A DNA stretch of 64,000 nucleotides from a virus: positions 116,826 through 180,825 of IMG/VR virus record IMGVR_UViG_3300009008_000005; one strand, given 5' to 3'. Position numbers and translations under genes: made by a program. Position 1 is the stretch's first letter; each line of letters opens with the position of its first letter. Positions 26,701 to 35,783 of this stretch are shown in pieces. A model generated the notes under the pieces. That model was given only the letters and a program-made list of their open reading frames with translations, ran no database searches and was not told the DNA's origin.

Positions 26701-27852
26701 CGTATCATTGGTACCTGGTCCGCCTGGATCGTGCTGGATGGTAATGTCGTCCGCACCAAGATGCGCCTCGAACTCGATGTAGGCGCTGTTACCCAGGGCA
26801 CCCGGGAGGTACCCAATGTCGGACAGGTAGCTCGCACGCCAGTTCTGGAATCCGAAGGCCTCGAAGTGGTAGTAGTCATCTGCAGGTCCACCAGACAGCG
26901 GAATGTCAGCGAATGCGTGACGCCCGGTGTTGATGAACTTGTTCGTGGATGTTCCACCATCGGGGTTCCACGGGTAGAGGTAGTTGTTCTCCGGAACAGG
27001 ATCCACACTGGGCTCCCCGCCCGTGTTGGCCACGGAGCAGAGCACACCATTGGGTCCGCTGACCGTACCAGTAAAGTCGTAGGCATTGAACATGGGAGCG
27101 ATAAGCTCCGCCTTACCTACCTGGAGAGTCTCTGCAGACCAACCACCGCCAACGCCAATGTCGAACACTACCTCAACACGACCCGCACGGGTGGCGTTGA
27201 CGCAGGAGTCCTCGCTCAGGGCCACGAGAGACCCGTACTTGAGCAAGTACATGTCGATGTCATCTGCGTCGAACGTGAGGTAGCTCATCACGCCGTTCGG
27301 GTCGGGCAGATCCGTCCAGGCAGCAGACACGGTCCAGTTGTCGTAGGACCCTGCTCCGGAGTAGGTGATACCTTCATAGATATCAATACCCAGATCCGCA
27401 TGCGCCGAAGCGCCTGCAGGTAAGGTTACGACGATGGATACGCTGTCGCCCATCCCCACCGTACGAACCTCGATGTAGTTCGTTGCAGTCTTACTCCACA
27501 GGAGCTGGTCTGCAAACGACTCGTTCAAGCTCGTGATGATGGTATCGATGGGAAGGCTCCCGGGAGCGGTCCCGGGAAGCACAGCTTCCGTATCGTTTAC
27601 ACCGTTGGTCACCACATGGACATACAGTCCTGCTACGGGGAATGTTGTACCCGCTTCGTCTCCTTGGATCGACGCAGGGAGATTCATCACAGCGCTGGAG
27701 TTCAGCGCTCCGGAAGACCCAGTGGCCTCCAAAATCTCCTTGTGAGGACCAACAACACAAGCGTAAAAAGTAGGCCTGAAGATCGTAGGAGTGACATTCC
27801 GGATCTCCTGGATTACTTCGACTCCTGGCCTCGGGATTGAACCTGTCGACAT
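23716..27852 (-). CDS. tail sheath protein, unusually long (1378 aa)
   Basis: N-terminal RPGVEVIQE; C-terminal VRHQLTTD...RELSITRVLDY...ILIEVDITPYYPANRIRVTLVV sheath signature. Confidence 0.88.
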   Translation of the reverse strand: MSTGSIPRPGVEVIQEIRNVTPTIFRPTFYACVVGPHKEILEATGSSGALNSSAVMNLPASIQGDEAGTTFPVAGLYVHVVTNGVNDTEAVLPGTAPGSLPIDTIITSLNESFADQLLWSKTATNYIEVRTVGMGDSVSIVVTLPAGASAHADLGIDIYEGITYSGAGSYDNWTVSAAWTDLPDPNGVMSYLTFDADDIDMYLLKYGSLVALSEDSCVNATRAGRVEVVFDIGVGGGWSAETLQVGKAELIAPMFNAYDFTGTVSGPNGVLCSVANTGGEPSVDPVPENNYLYPWNPDGGTSTNKFINTGRHAFADIPLSGGPADDYYHFEAFGFQNWRASYLSDIGYLPGALGNSAYIEFEAHLGADDITIQHDPGGPGTNDTITCPPGGSTVWPTIGGGEFMVIMDGTNAGTVITINANLGAGVLDTLDELVDDLVGPVKVAIVTLITDTWTSWPHLDDAVLVGAEVAMKCHYRILDAAAATGLDTLDDFDTNIQAQTTWANYLDPGASSSTGASYLNSGATGTNTISDVHDSQIYNLSFGADPYNYGGAMTNTYTLGGTNTAYPRVLGQAMMTAQQVLNLQDKQFGVRLNGGAETIVTIDPTATLPADITASINAQVGVNIASTWAPVSATVGVEYCSGTAAVSAGANTTLTDLTKDFVAMDVTAGGEFRCWVYDTVGGTNWNALSAIGAVGGATNIDITANITDCTSCSYTIVALPAAGAAIPCIRFDLNDALLATTTAGSDCSIELREIDGLQLLMVGSYSSSDLDYEGCYFGDPITTAVGDTLYNGGVEQGVVTAFENYAFPAGVLGTGTLTNAITKLDAQAGTMGTPIAYWYYQAENLTSTSTGLIASRPLPELTLSSTLERFTIKSGIGRDNGGMWVSDPSFSMVCGYDALRSDLSALGSGVTILGGTDDITTTLGTISSRNPLTVGAYLAMNNAPNTQVKVLSVDAVSTAQPQGTTSAYNNAFGLLEANDVYSIAPLTADRSVHDALKTHIETMEDPETGRSERLGFVCQTQPTERKPTSVGTDTGVDAVVNLPTFTFDLAIDPATGFNIAAALIGKTDALGNPVPTFGICAISDGLYIERSGDGFRYSVSEIAAGNVLKCRTTGFSAGSGPATNGNDDAFFSEDLPGYGDSPTWDVDGETVTLFVRQASVSYTTTTGRQYAAEAISDMASRYGTRRMAFVQPDQVTYNDSGTDVVLHGYYACAALAGKASALPPHQSFTGTVLYGIEACSGSWDQFSEANMDLAAGGGVMWLIQESADGPVFVRHQLTTDVSSLQTRELSITRVLDYMTKIIRTNINRLAGRYNITPNFMALLSTIINTLVSSFSGVIVQRATVVNIVIDPDNPDTILIEVDITPYYPANRIRVTLVV

Positions 27853-27854
27853 GG

Positions 27855-28499
27855 TTATTCTCCTGTCCCCAGCAACTCATCCATTTGCATTGTAATACGT
27901 CGGACCTGCCCGTGGAAAGTTTCAGACGTTTCTGCCTCTTCCAATGTATCCTGCTGGAAGTAAGGAACCTGGATAGGCACTAGCCTCCACGATGACAGCG
28001 GAGAGCCCTGAACTAGACTATTAGCGGATGTAGCCGTACCTAGAGTTAGATTCTGAACGATGCCACTGATGCCGTACTTCTGGAGTACTTTCTCGAATAC
28101 AGGGATTAGCCTATAAACGAAGTACGCAATAGCTCTCGCCTCGCCAGCCTCTTTTGCGATGCAGTTCAACCCCAAAGACACCGACGACATACCGACGTGG
28201 ACTCTAGGGTTCTCAGTGACGAATCCTCCGTGGTCCATAATACCTGTGGAGGTCCAGTTACAGGGGCCCATGGATATCACAATCTGTGGTTGTGATGTGG
28301 GCGATTCCATCTGGTACGGACTCTCGTTCGTGATGTGTATCTCTGTCTCTGTAGGGTTATTCACCCATCGGTAGTTCCCTACAGGTCTGGCTGCGAACAG
28401 GGCTTTGATCCAAGCATCCCAGACTCGTGTGCTCTGGAAAATGGAGTCGTGCAGCTCTCCAGCAAAGGGGTCATAAGGTTTTATGAGGCTAGAAGTCAC
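27855..28499 (-). CDS. putative tail terminator/neck protein (214 aa)
   Basis: position between head closure gene and sheath; size. Confidence 0.45.
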   Translation of the reverse strand: MTSSLIKPYDPFAGELHDSIFQSTRVWDAWIKALFAARPVGNYRWVNNPTETEIHITNESPYQMESPTSQPQIVISMGPCNWTSTGIMDHGGFVTENPRVHVGMSSVSLGLNCIAKEAGEARAIAYFVYRLIPVFEKVLQKYGISGIVQNLTLGTATSANSLVQGSPLSSWRLVPIQVPYFQQDTLEEAETSETFHGQVRRITMQMDELLGTGE

Positions 28500-28951
28500 T
28501 TACCCACCCTATTCATCCGGTCAGCTTTACGCTTCAGATACACACCTAGGCCACCAGTACCAGCTCCTGCAGCTCCAACTCCTAGGGCAGCTAGGGCCCT
28601 GTACTTCGGAGGAAGTTTACTGGCCCTGTTCAGGGCATTTCCCCCTAAGATCTGAGCTAGTGCAGTTCCTGTGGCTCCGCCTGTGGCGGAGAGGATTGCA
28701 ATCTCACCTGGAGAGAGCTTCCGCTTCTCCGCAGCGAGCTTCGGGTTCAATGTTTTCAGGGGAGGAGCCTGCACCTTCACCTGATTCTGCTGCTGAGGTT
28801 TCTGTGCAGGAGGAGCACCTGGGGAAGGGATGTTCGAGCTAGGATTCAAAGCAGGCCCAGCCTGAGGGTTGGGTTTATCCATGCGCACGGCCGGAGCGCC
28901 ATAATTGGCCTCTTTGGTGAGCAGTGCGTGGAATAGCGTGTACTCGTTCAT
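28496..28951 (-). CDS. basic protein with glycine-rich hydrophobic segments (151 aa)
   Basis: TKEAN motif; P/Q linker; ATGGATG...LGVGAAGAGTGGLGV. Confidence 0.65.
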   Translation of the reverse strand: MNEYTLFHALLTKEANYGAPAVRMDKPNPQAGPALNPSSNIPSPGAPPAQKPQQQNQVKVQAPPLKTLNPKLAAEKRKLSPGEIAILSATGGATGTALAQILGGNALNRASKLPPKYRALAALGVGAAGAGTGGLGVYLKRKADRMNRVGK

Positions 28952-29850
28952 ACCTTGAAAATCCTCTGGGACATGTCCTCGTCAGGGACCTGTTCCTCAG
29001 TCAAGTCTTGTGAATGAGTGTACTGCCTCTCCTCATAGGGTCGCAAATCTGCCATCTCGTCTGAGTCCAGCTCGATCGGGATCTTGTAGACGACGTCGGT
29101 ATTTGACGGCCTGTGGAGAGGGAATTCCTGCCTCACGAGCGCACGTGCCTTCTCTATACGACGGATGCCTTCTCCGATGAGCCAGCGGGTGTTATCGGCC
29201 TCCACCACGAGCCACCTATGAGCTACCTCTGGGAAGTTTGCCAGCTTCCCCTGCCCATTGACGTTCTCGATCTCGCCTAGATCCGCAGCCGTCGTGGACT
29301 GTGGAGGGGTCGTGATCTGCATCTTTACTTCTAGGGGCCGGTGATACCCACCCACGAAGGTAGTGTCGAAGCAGGTAAGGCATGTGGACCTACGCTTGAT
29401 TCCTGTGGAACTGTCACTGCATACGGGGCACTTTTGCCCGAATGTCCTCACAGGGAAGACCCACACGGTCCGTCCGTTCACTTCACGTAATCGGATCCGC
29501 TCGTTCCTCGCCATCTCCAAGGCCTGCAGATCAGGTTCGGCCCGTACGCATACACCCCTCCCGTTCTCGGGGAAGTACACAGGGTCGTCACCGCTTCCAC
29601 GAAGCTGTACACGGATCCTGTAGTACCACTTGCGGAAGAAGGACTTCTGCCCTCGAAGCGTATTGTCCTTGAAGAGGTACCTGTCCGTGAAGGGCCCTAC
29701 AAGGGTGTGGAACCCACTGAACTCTGCGTCACTCTTCTCTAGCCAGAAGTCGTACTTGAGGGGATCCTCAGTGGTGGGTTCGATATCCCATAGAACGTAT
29801 AGGTGGTCCAGATCGAAGCTCCGTACCCTTATGTTCTGAACCTTCAACAT
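28948..29850 (-). CDS. putative head closure/neck protein with zinc finger (300 aa)
   Basis: beta-rich N-terminus; CPVC...CLTCFDTTFVGGY; position after head genes. Confidence 0.55.
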   Translation of the reverse strand: MLKVQNIRVRSFDLDHLYVLWDIEPTTEDPLKYDFWLEKSDAEFSGFHTLVGPFTDRYLFKDNTLRGQKSFFRKWYYRIRVQLRGSGDDPVYFPENGRGVCVRAEPDLQALEMARNERIRLREVNGRTVWVFPVRTFGQKCPVCSDSSTGIKRRSTCLTCFDTTFVGGYHRPLEVKMQITTPPQSTTAADLGEIENVNGQGKLANFPEVAHRWLVVEADNTRWLIGEGIRRIEKARALVRQEFPLHRPSNTDVVYKIPIELDSDEMADLRPYEERQYTHSQDLTEEQVPDEDMSQRIFKV

Positions 29851-29856
29851 TCACTG

Positions 29857-30498
29857 CTATGCCCCGTAAGGACCTTGATCCCGACCCCCGAAGACCTTCT
29901 TAGCTCCATAGCCCACACCCAAAGTCCCAAGACCTGCGCCCATGGCGAGTTCAGGAGAAGCTTTACCTGCGGCCATGAGTTTGTTTCCTAGGTGTCCACC
30001 TTGCTCACCAGCCTGTCTGAATGCGCCTCGGGCCTTGTCTAGCTCTCGCCCGAAGTTCCTCTTCAGGACTTCACGCCCCTTAGGCAGATTCTTTAGACCT
30101 CCCTCAGCAGCGCTACGGATCATAGGATTTTTGCTCTTCCTGAGCATTTCAATACTTTCTTGTGCACCCTTGCTCCCGGCCTGAGCTGCATCATGAACCT
30201 TAGCTGTGGCTCGTGCGCCCCCCACACTTGCAGGGGCCTTGATGAATTTCCGGTAGAGACCGCCTAGACCCTTCTTACCGAACTGATATGCGCCCTTCAG
30301 AGCAGCGACAATGGCTTCCTTGTGCATCTCGACCTCGGGATCTAACTTCCCAGAGGTCTTGATCATCTGGTGTGCCTCGATAAGCTCCGAGCGGGTCATT
30401 CCACCCACTACAGAAGCCACCTTCGTATTCTCTCGCACAGTAGATGCTGTCTCCTGATAGGAATCGGTCAAGAGTTTAGTTAGCTGGTCCATTATCAA
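29857..30498 (-). CDS. basic K-x-A motif protein with C-terminal glycine-rich segment (213 aa)
   Basis: TKVAS, HKEAI; MGAGLGTLGVGYGAKK. Confidence 0.7.
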   Translation of the reverse strand: MIMDQLTKLLTDSYQETASTVRENTKVASVVGGMTRSELIEAHQMIKTSGKLDPEVEMHKEAIVAALKGAYQFGKKGLGGLYRKFIKAPASVGGARATAKVHDAAQAGSKGAQESIEMLRKSKNPMIRSAAEGGLKNLPKGREVLKRNFGRELDKARGAFRQAGEQGGHLGNKLMAAGKASPELAMGAGLGTLGVGYGAKKVFGGRDQGPYGA

Positions 30499-31220
30499 CC
30501 TCCACGCAGGGCTTTCATATCCACCTTAGGTAGTGGAGGAGCCTTGGCTGCTACGTCCTTCTTTAGCTCTGGGTAGGAAGTCTTACCTGGTCTAGGCAAA
30601 GATGGAGCCTTCACCTCAGGGGGCTTCCAAGGACCTTTCGGCTTTGCCGAATTGATACGCTGCTTCGAACTCTGCCCTACGACAGGTGCCATCTTCGACT
30701 TCGCCGGAGTCGCCTTGGTGGGCTTAGGGGAATTTACAGGCTTGTAGGAAGTAGGGGCCTTCGGCGGAGACACAGTCATCTTGGTCTTCAACTTCACTGC
30801 AGCAGCAGCCAGCTTGTCAGCGGCTGTCTTCATCTGCGGAGGTTGGGCTCCAGGATTTGGATTAGCCTGTGCCTGTGGAGGAGCAGGCTGAGGCCCAACA
30901 GCCTGTCCGGGGACGCCGGGTCCCTGGGGAGCAGCTTCTGGCCCGGGGGTAGAGGGCGGTGCTTGCTGCATGAACAACTGTACTACGGGAGAAGACTCAA
31001 AACCTTCGATAGCTCCGTGTAGAAGCTGCTCTGGATCCTGCTGAGTTTGTGCCGTAGGGTTGTTCCCCTGGGGCGACGGAGCGGCTGTGGTTGCAGGTGC
31101 AGCTTGGGGTGCTGCTGCAGCCGGGGCCTGAGCGTGCTTTACCTGCATGAAGCGGAAGGCCGCACCCACCTTATGTAGTGCCTCATCCTTTCGGAGTATT
31201 TCGGCGAAATATTCTTCCAT
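30495..31220 (-). CDS. P/A/Q/K-rich K-x-A motif protein (241 aa)
   Basis: KHAQ, MKTAADKLAA; GGGG SD. Confidence 0.65.
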   Translation of the reverse strand: MEEYFAEILRKDEALHKVGAAFRFMQVKHAQAPAAAAPQAAPATTAAPSPQGNNPTAQTQQDPEQLLHGAIEGFESSPVVQLFMQQAPPSTPGPEAAPQGPGVPGQAVGPQPAPPQAQANPNPGAQPPQMKTAADKLAAAAVKLKTKMTVSPPKAPTSYKPVNSPKPTKATPAKSKMAPVVGQSSKQRINSAKPKGPWKPPEVKAPSLPRPGKTSYPELKKDVAAKAPPLPKVDMKALRGG

Positions 31221-31230
31221 AGTGTCCCCC

Positions 31231-31581
31231 CTACTTGATGTCCATATAGAGCAAGGTATCTGTGAGGATTACCGTAGCTGTAGGGGCAACCTCTCCTTCG
31301 TCTGTGGTGTAACGGATGCGAAGAAGGATAGGACAAGCTCCTGCATAGAAAAGTTGTCCGTCTGCTGCGAGGGTTGCTGCGGCTCCTGCGTAGTCTACCC
31401 CAACATCATAGAACGTAGTCCCATTTACGCTACCTTCTAGGACCAAAGTCCCATCTAGGTCGTCTGCTTGTACGCAGCATCTCCTGTACTGTTCGCTCTG
31501 CGGGATAGTCCAGCTATGCTCTGCTCCGTCTCCGTTGAGGGTTATCCTCTTACGGACCGGCCTGTTCAAGCTCTCTGCCAT
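31231..31581 (-). CDS. small beta-rich putative virion protein (116 aa)
   Basis: DGTLVLEGSVNGTTFYDV; TAATG coupling. Confidence 0.6.
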   Translation of the reverse strand: MAESLNRPVRKRITLNGDGAEHSWTIPQSEQYRRCCVQADDLDGTLVLEGSVNGTTFYDVGVDYAGAAATLAADGQLFYAGACPILLRIRYTTDEGEVAPTATVILTDTLLYMDIK

Positions 31582-32084
31582 TATGAACCCCCACGCCTAG
31601 TGGTTAGGTAGTGATCGAAGTCCATGAGCTGGCTGAAGTCGCTGTACACACCTACGTTGCTTCCACCAGGACCCATAGCCCTTGCGATGTTTTCCTTTAC
31701 GATGAAGTTTTGCTTCTTCTGCTCGTACTCGGACTGGAACTTCTGAGTGAGGTTCAAGTACATAGAAGCATGATCCGACTGATTCACCTGTACTCCTTGC
31801 CCGTCAGAGTAGGTGAGGTGGTTACGGGCCTGCAGGATTGCCTCTGATGTGAGCAGGTGCCACATCGTTCCAATCATGAGTAGGTAGGTGAAGGGGAAGT
31901 TCTCCAAGGTGAATGTAAGTCCAGGGGGTGCGGAGAGGTTGATATCCTCTAGCGTAGCCATGACACACATGGCAATGGTCCGGTCCCCGTGCTCAACCCC
32001 TTCAATAAGGCGGTTCAGAGAAGGAAAGTCCCGCATGTACGCACGTACGAGCTGGACGATTTCTTCTAATTTAGAGACGGCCAC
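31581..32084 (-). CDS. putative head-tail adaptor (167 aa)
   Basis: helical; ILQARNHLTYSDGQGV; position downstream of the capsid gene. Confidence 0.55.
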   Translation of the reverse strand: MAVSKLEEIVQLVRAYMRDFPSLNRLIEGVEHGDRTIAMCVMATLEDINLSAPPGLTFTLENFPFTYLLMIGTMWHLLTSEAILQARNHLTYSDGQGVQVNQSDHASMYLNLTQKFQSEYEQKKQNFIVKENIARAMGPGGSNVGVYSDFSQLMDFDHYLTTRRGGS

Positions 32085-32096
32085 AGTGCCCCCTGA

Positions 32097-32759
32097 CTAA
32101 ATAAGTTCCATGTCGATGGCGAGATCGACCAGCTTACGCTTGGTCTTACCCTTGGTATCCTCTTTGTCTACTCCCATATCGATGAGCCATGTGATGAGAT
32201 CATCCTTGCGCTTCTTGTTCAGATCGGAGGCTGTGAGCCTGGGCTCCTCTTCCTCCAACTCCTCAACTTCTTCTTCTTCTACTTCCTCGACTACCTCTTC
32301 TACTTCCTCTACAGGCTCCACTTCCCACGCCTCATCAACGTCGGGGGTAGAGGGGTCATCAGCCTTGAACGTACCGTCCTCTTCGTGGGCACGTACAGGG
32401 ACAACCACGGTAGCTTCAGGCTGTACTTCGTCCACAGTGGGATTCAACTCAGGTGGCAGCTCCTTTGCGGGCTGGCCTACGGGGGACTTCTTTCCTTCTG
32501 TCTCTGTCTGCACAACCTTACCGTCTACAACCGTATGCACGTGCAGGACACCGCTCTTTGAAGCTGTGTCGATAACAGCCCGCCACTTCTTGTAGAAGGG
32601 TTCACCTACAGACATAGAAGTACCTGGCCCAAAAGACAGTGGCCCTACACGGATCGACCCGAGGTGAATCAACGACCGAAGCGACGGGAACTTCAGCATG
32701 TTGTGCTTCATCTCACGGGTGATGACCGTGGGAGTAGTCAGGATATACTTGGTTCCCAT
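32097..32759 (-). CDS. acidic-linker protein with C-terminal HeH/Rho-N-like motif (220 aa)
   Basis: poly-E linker, then LNKKRKDDLITWLIDMGV...TKRKLVDL. Confidence 0.6.
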   Translation of the reverse strand: MGTKYILTTPTVITREMKHNMLKFPSLRSLIHLGSIRVGPLSFGPGTSMSVGEPFYKKWRAVIDTASKSGVLHVHTVVDGKVVQTETEGKKSPVGQPAKELPPELNPTVDEVQPEATVVVPVRAHEEDGTFKADDPSTPDVDEAWEVEPVEEVEEVVEEVEEEEVEELEEEEPRLTASDLNKKRKDDLITWLIDMGVDKEDTKGKTKRKLVDLAIDMELI

Positions 32760-32801
32760 GGTTACCCTCTCAGCGTAGTTTCAAACAGTCGAACACTTGG
32801 A

Positions 32802-32832
32802 CCCCGGGCAGACCGAAAGGAGCTACCCGGGG
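32802..32832 (-). terminator. hairpin downstream of the capsid gene (terminator or mRNA stabiliser)
   Basis: minus strand CCCCGGGTAG...CTGCCCGGGG. Confidence 0.55.
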
Positions 32833-32846
32833 CAGGTCAATCAACC

Positions 32847-33977
32847 CTAGTAAAGGGTGATCTGCGGGTACGTATACCCATCATAGGCCTGGTTGTTCAC
32901 CGCACCGAGGTCTTCCTCAGCACCAGGTGCAACCTCATCAGCGTATCCAGCAAGATCGTAGCCAGTGGTGTCACCGGAGATCAGCTCCAGGCGGCAGACG
33001 GCTGCGATGTTGGCGAGACCCATGCCGATGTTCTCCCAACCCCAGAAGGAGATCTTCCGTGCTTCCTTCTTCACCCAGAACTTCACGTTGTCCAGGATGT
33101 AGGAACGCCCGAAGAACTCGGGGGAGGTGAAGCCGTAGATCAGGGAGTCGTTGAGAACGTCGCCCTTCAGGGAGGTGACGATCTTGTATCCAAGTACGGT
33201 GTTGTACTTGTAACCCTGAACCATGACCTCTCCGGTCAGCTTCTCGCCGAGGTCGGCGGAGGTGAGCTGTCCGAAGTCCTGGAAGGTGTGCTCAGTCATG
33301 AGGACACGGTCCAGGCGCAGAGCCTTACCTGCACGGGTGAACAGCTTCGAGAGACGGCCAATGTCCTGCCTCTGGAGAGGATGGACTTCGTCGTCATCTG
33401 CGACTGCTGCACGGGCCAGCTCGCCCTTCGCAATGGAATCCTCGACCACGAGACCGGCCTGGATGTCCGAAGCACGAAGAGGGATCGCACCGTTGGTGAG
33501 GGTGTGCTTCTGCACGACGGCGGAGTTCACGTGGAGCAGGAAGTAGCGATCCTCGACCGCCTGGATGTCCTTTACCACGTTGTTCTTGATCACGTCAGTG
33601 ATCGGGTAGGTGTAAGTCCGAAGCTCCTCAGTGAAGCCTTCCCACTTCAGCGAGCTGATGGTGTGGAAGGTGACCGCCATGCGGGGTCCCTTGATGAGCT
33701 TGGGGTCGGGCTCGCCACGGAACGAGATCGACATTGCGTACGAGCCGGGCTCGATGTCGACGATCTTGTAGACCGTGTCGTGCTCAAGAGACCGCTGGCA
33801 CTCGGCCACGGTGACGCCCTTCGGGGGAAGAATCTTCCGTGCGAAGGACAGTTCCTTGAGCTTATCCCGGATATAAGCAGCACCGGCCGCAGCCAGCTTC
33901 TCACGGTCATCAGGGCTGTCTGCCTTGTTGACGAAAAGCTCGTTGAGGACGTTAGCGGGCATGTTCTGGAAACTCAT
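32847..33977 (-). CDS. major capsid protein (HK97-fold, putative), 376 aa
   Basis: AGGAGG SD; strongest codon bias; YIRDKLKELSFARKILPP, HTISSLKWE, DIQAVEDRYF; follows the decoration-like gene and is followed by a hairpin. Confidence 0.75.
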   Translation of the reverse strand: MSFQNMPANVLNELFVNKADSPDDREKLAAAGAAYIRDKLKELSFARKILPPKGVTVAECQRSLEHDTVYKIVDIEPGSYAMSISFRGEPDPKLIKGPRMAVTFHTISSLKWEGFTEELRTYTYPITDVIKNNVVKDIQAVEDRYFLLHVNSAVVQKHTLTNGAIPLRASDIQAGLVVEDSIAKGELARAAVADDDEVHPLQRQDIGRLSKLFTRAGKALRLDRVLMTEHTFQDFGQLTSADLGEKLTGEVMVQGYKYNTVLGYKIVTSLKGDVLNDSLIYGFTSPEFFGRSYILDNVKFWVKKEARKISFWGWENIGMGLANIAAVCRLELISGDTTGYDLAGYADEVAPGAEEDLGAVNNQAYDGYTYPQITLY

Positions 33978-33989
33978 CGTTGGACCTCC

Positions 33990-34619
33990 TTACTCGCCCG
34001 CCGGGGTGGTGATGGATTTCTTGAGCGGCGTCGAGTAAATCTCGGCCTGAAGTACTGCACCAGTCGCCGCAACGGAACTGGTCGCAACACCCACAACCCA
34101 AAGCTCGTACTCTGTCGCCAGGTCAAGTCCGCCTGCCCCGATCAGCTCTGTGCCGACGAACGGGAAGAGGACACCCTTGCATCCGGTATAACCGATGCCT
34201 GCAGTGCCGCCCCACGTGGCGTCAACGCCGTTGAAGAAGGCAACGCACAGCTCATCGCCTGCGTTCACAGCTGAGTCTGCTGCCCAGACCCAGAACTGAC
34301 CTTCAAGAATTCCCTCTGTCAGAAGCGGAATCTTGTTCACGCTCTGAATGTCGAGGGAGCCCCGCTCGGAGAAGACGCACTTCGGCATCTCCAGAGCCTC
34401 CGCCTGACCGGCGAAGACTACATCCAGCAGAGAGACCGTGGGCCGCTTACACCCGGCCTGAGTCCGGAGCACGAATTCTCCGATGTCGACATACGCCGCA
34501 TCGAGGGGATCCGTGGAGACCGTGTCCTCAGGGTAGAAGTCCTTGATCCTTGCTTTGAGGATCGAGGTCATGAGGCGCAGCGACCGACCTTTGTCCTTGT
34601 ACTGTCCGTAAATTGCCAT
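33990..34619 (-). CDS. putative capsid decoration/cement protein (209 aa)
   Basis: immediately upstream of the capsid gene; AGGAGG SD; beta-rich. Confidence 0.5.
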   Translation of the reverse strand: MAIYGQYKDKGRSLRLMTSILKARIKDFYPEDTVSTDPLDAAYVDIGEFVLRTQAGCKRPTVSLLDVVFAGQAEALEMPKCVFSERGSLDIQSVNKIPLLTEGILEGQFWVWAADSAVNAGDELCVAFFNGVDATWGGTAGIGYTGCKGVLFPFVGTELIGAGGLDLATEYELWVVGVATSSVAATGAVLQAEIYSTPLKKSITTPAGE

Positions 34620-34630
34620 TAGTGTTCCTC

Positions 34631-34957
34631 CTACTTCAGCAATTCTGCAGTCAGGGGATCGGTACTAGCGCTGGCTCCCTCATCGGGAGTTACGCTGGAG
34701 AAGTCCCCAAGATTCATGTTCAGCGCTTCAGACATCAGGTTCAGATCCTTGCCCGAATCCATGAGTGCAGCAACCTTATCCTTATGTGGTACATCAGGAT
34801 CTACAAGGCCCTGCGACTCCATCCGAGCTACCAGCTCTTCTGCCTGCGCAACCTTCTCATTATGGGCGACCTTCTCACGAAGAAACTGAATCTCTTTGGA
34901 TGCGCTCCGCAGAGCTACAGCTACTTTTTCAAACAGTGCGGTGTCCTGGGCGCTCAT
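34631..34957 (-). CDS. scaffold-like helical protein (108 aa)
   Basis: FEKVA, NEKVA; coiled-coil character. Confidence 0.6.
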   Translation of the reverse strand: MSAQDTALFEKVAVALRSASKEIQFLREKVAHNEKVAQAEELVARMESQGLVDPDVPHKDKVAALMDSGKDLNLMSEALNMNLGDFSSVTPDEGASASTDPLTAELLK

Positions 34958-35436
34958 CGCTCTCCTCCCTTACCAAGAATGTCACTTAGTGTGCGGGGAG
35001 AGGACGGAGCAGGAGCGGAAGTTGCTACCTTTTCCTTACTGGCAGCTACCCACGACTCGATGACCGACTTCACCTTAGCCTGCTTTTCCTTGTCCTCATC
35101 GGACTGGACGCCAGGCACCAGCTGGGCGATCTTCTGCATCGTGGACTCCCTAAGCTCGTCATCCGACTTGTCATCCACGTCCTCGTCCTCAGGGACTTCG
35201 TCGGTCGGGATGGCAGCGAGCTTCTGACGAAGCAGCTGCTGGATATCGAGTTCAGGAGTTCCCTCCTCTTCACCTAGATCTGCCTCCCCACCACTAGCCA
35301 ATGTTTCCATGGCCTCAGCGAGCTTCTCGATCTCTTCGAGGTCGAGGGAGGTATCTCCATCTGAAGATGAGGTGTCTTCCGGCTCCACCAGTCCACCCAG
35401 CTCCTGCTGGAGCATGTCATGTAGGGAACCACTCAT
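34954..35436 (-). CDS. acidic K-x-A motif protein (160 aa)
   Basis: EKLAE, QKIAQ, EKVAT; GGAGG SD. Confidence 0.65.
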   Translation of the reverse strand: MSGSLHDMLQQELGGLVEPEDTSSSDGDTSLDLEEIEKLAEAMETLASGGEADLGEEEGTPELDIQQLLRQKLAAIPTDEVPEDEDVDDKSDDELRESTMQKIAQLVPGVQSDEDKEKQAKVKSVIESWVAASKEKVATSAPAPSSPRTLSDILGKGGER

Positions 35437-35475
35437 CTTGGCCTCCTAGTGTGGTGGTTGGTGGACATAGGTTTC

Positions 35476-35769
35476 TTACTCACCCTCGATGGCGTCCACG
35501 ACGGAATCAGGGTCGTACCCTGCGTCATCGATCATCTCCAGGGCACGGACGTTCAGAGCGTTATCGAACTCTTCGCCCTCACCGCCGCCAGCCTCGGCCT
35601 GCTCCAGGTTCTCCGCAGCGACCTTCAGCATCTCCTCTGCACGGGCGTATGCGAGCTTCTCGAAGGCCGAAGCCTCCTTCTGCATCTCGCCACCTTCGAG
35701 GATCTGAGAAGCGATCTTCTCCAGCTGCTCCATTCCGTCTTCGCCTACCAGGTCATACAGTACAGTCAT
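35476..35769 (-). CDS. scaffold-like repeat-family protein (97 aa)
   Basis: FEKLAYARAEEMLKVAAENLE...ALNVRALEMIDDAGYD. Confidence 0.7.
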   Translation of the reverse strand: MTVLYDLVGEDGMEQLEKIASQILEGGEMQKEASAFEKLAYARAEEMLKVAAENLEQAEAGGGEGEEFDNALNVRALEMIDDAGYDPDSVVDAIEGE

Positions 35770-35783
35770 CTCGTCCTCCTCAG

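Noticed and set aside
32664-34274. 536-aa + strand ORF
   Set aside because: Antisense to the most codon-biased genes (capsid, decoration); no SD or motif.
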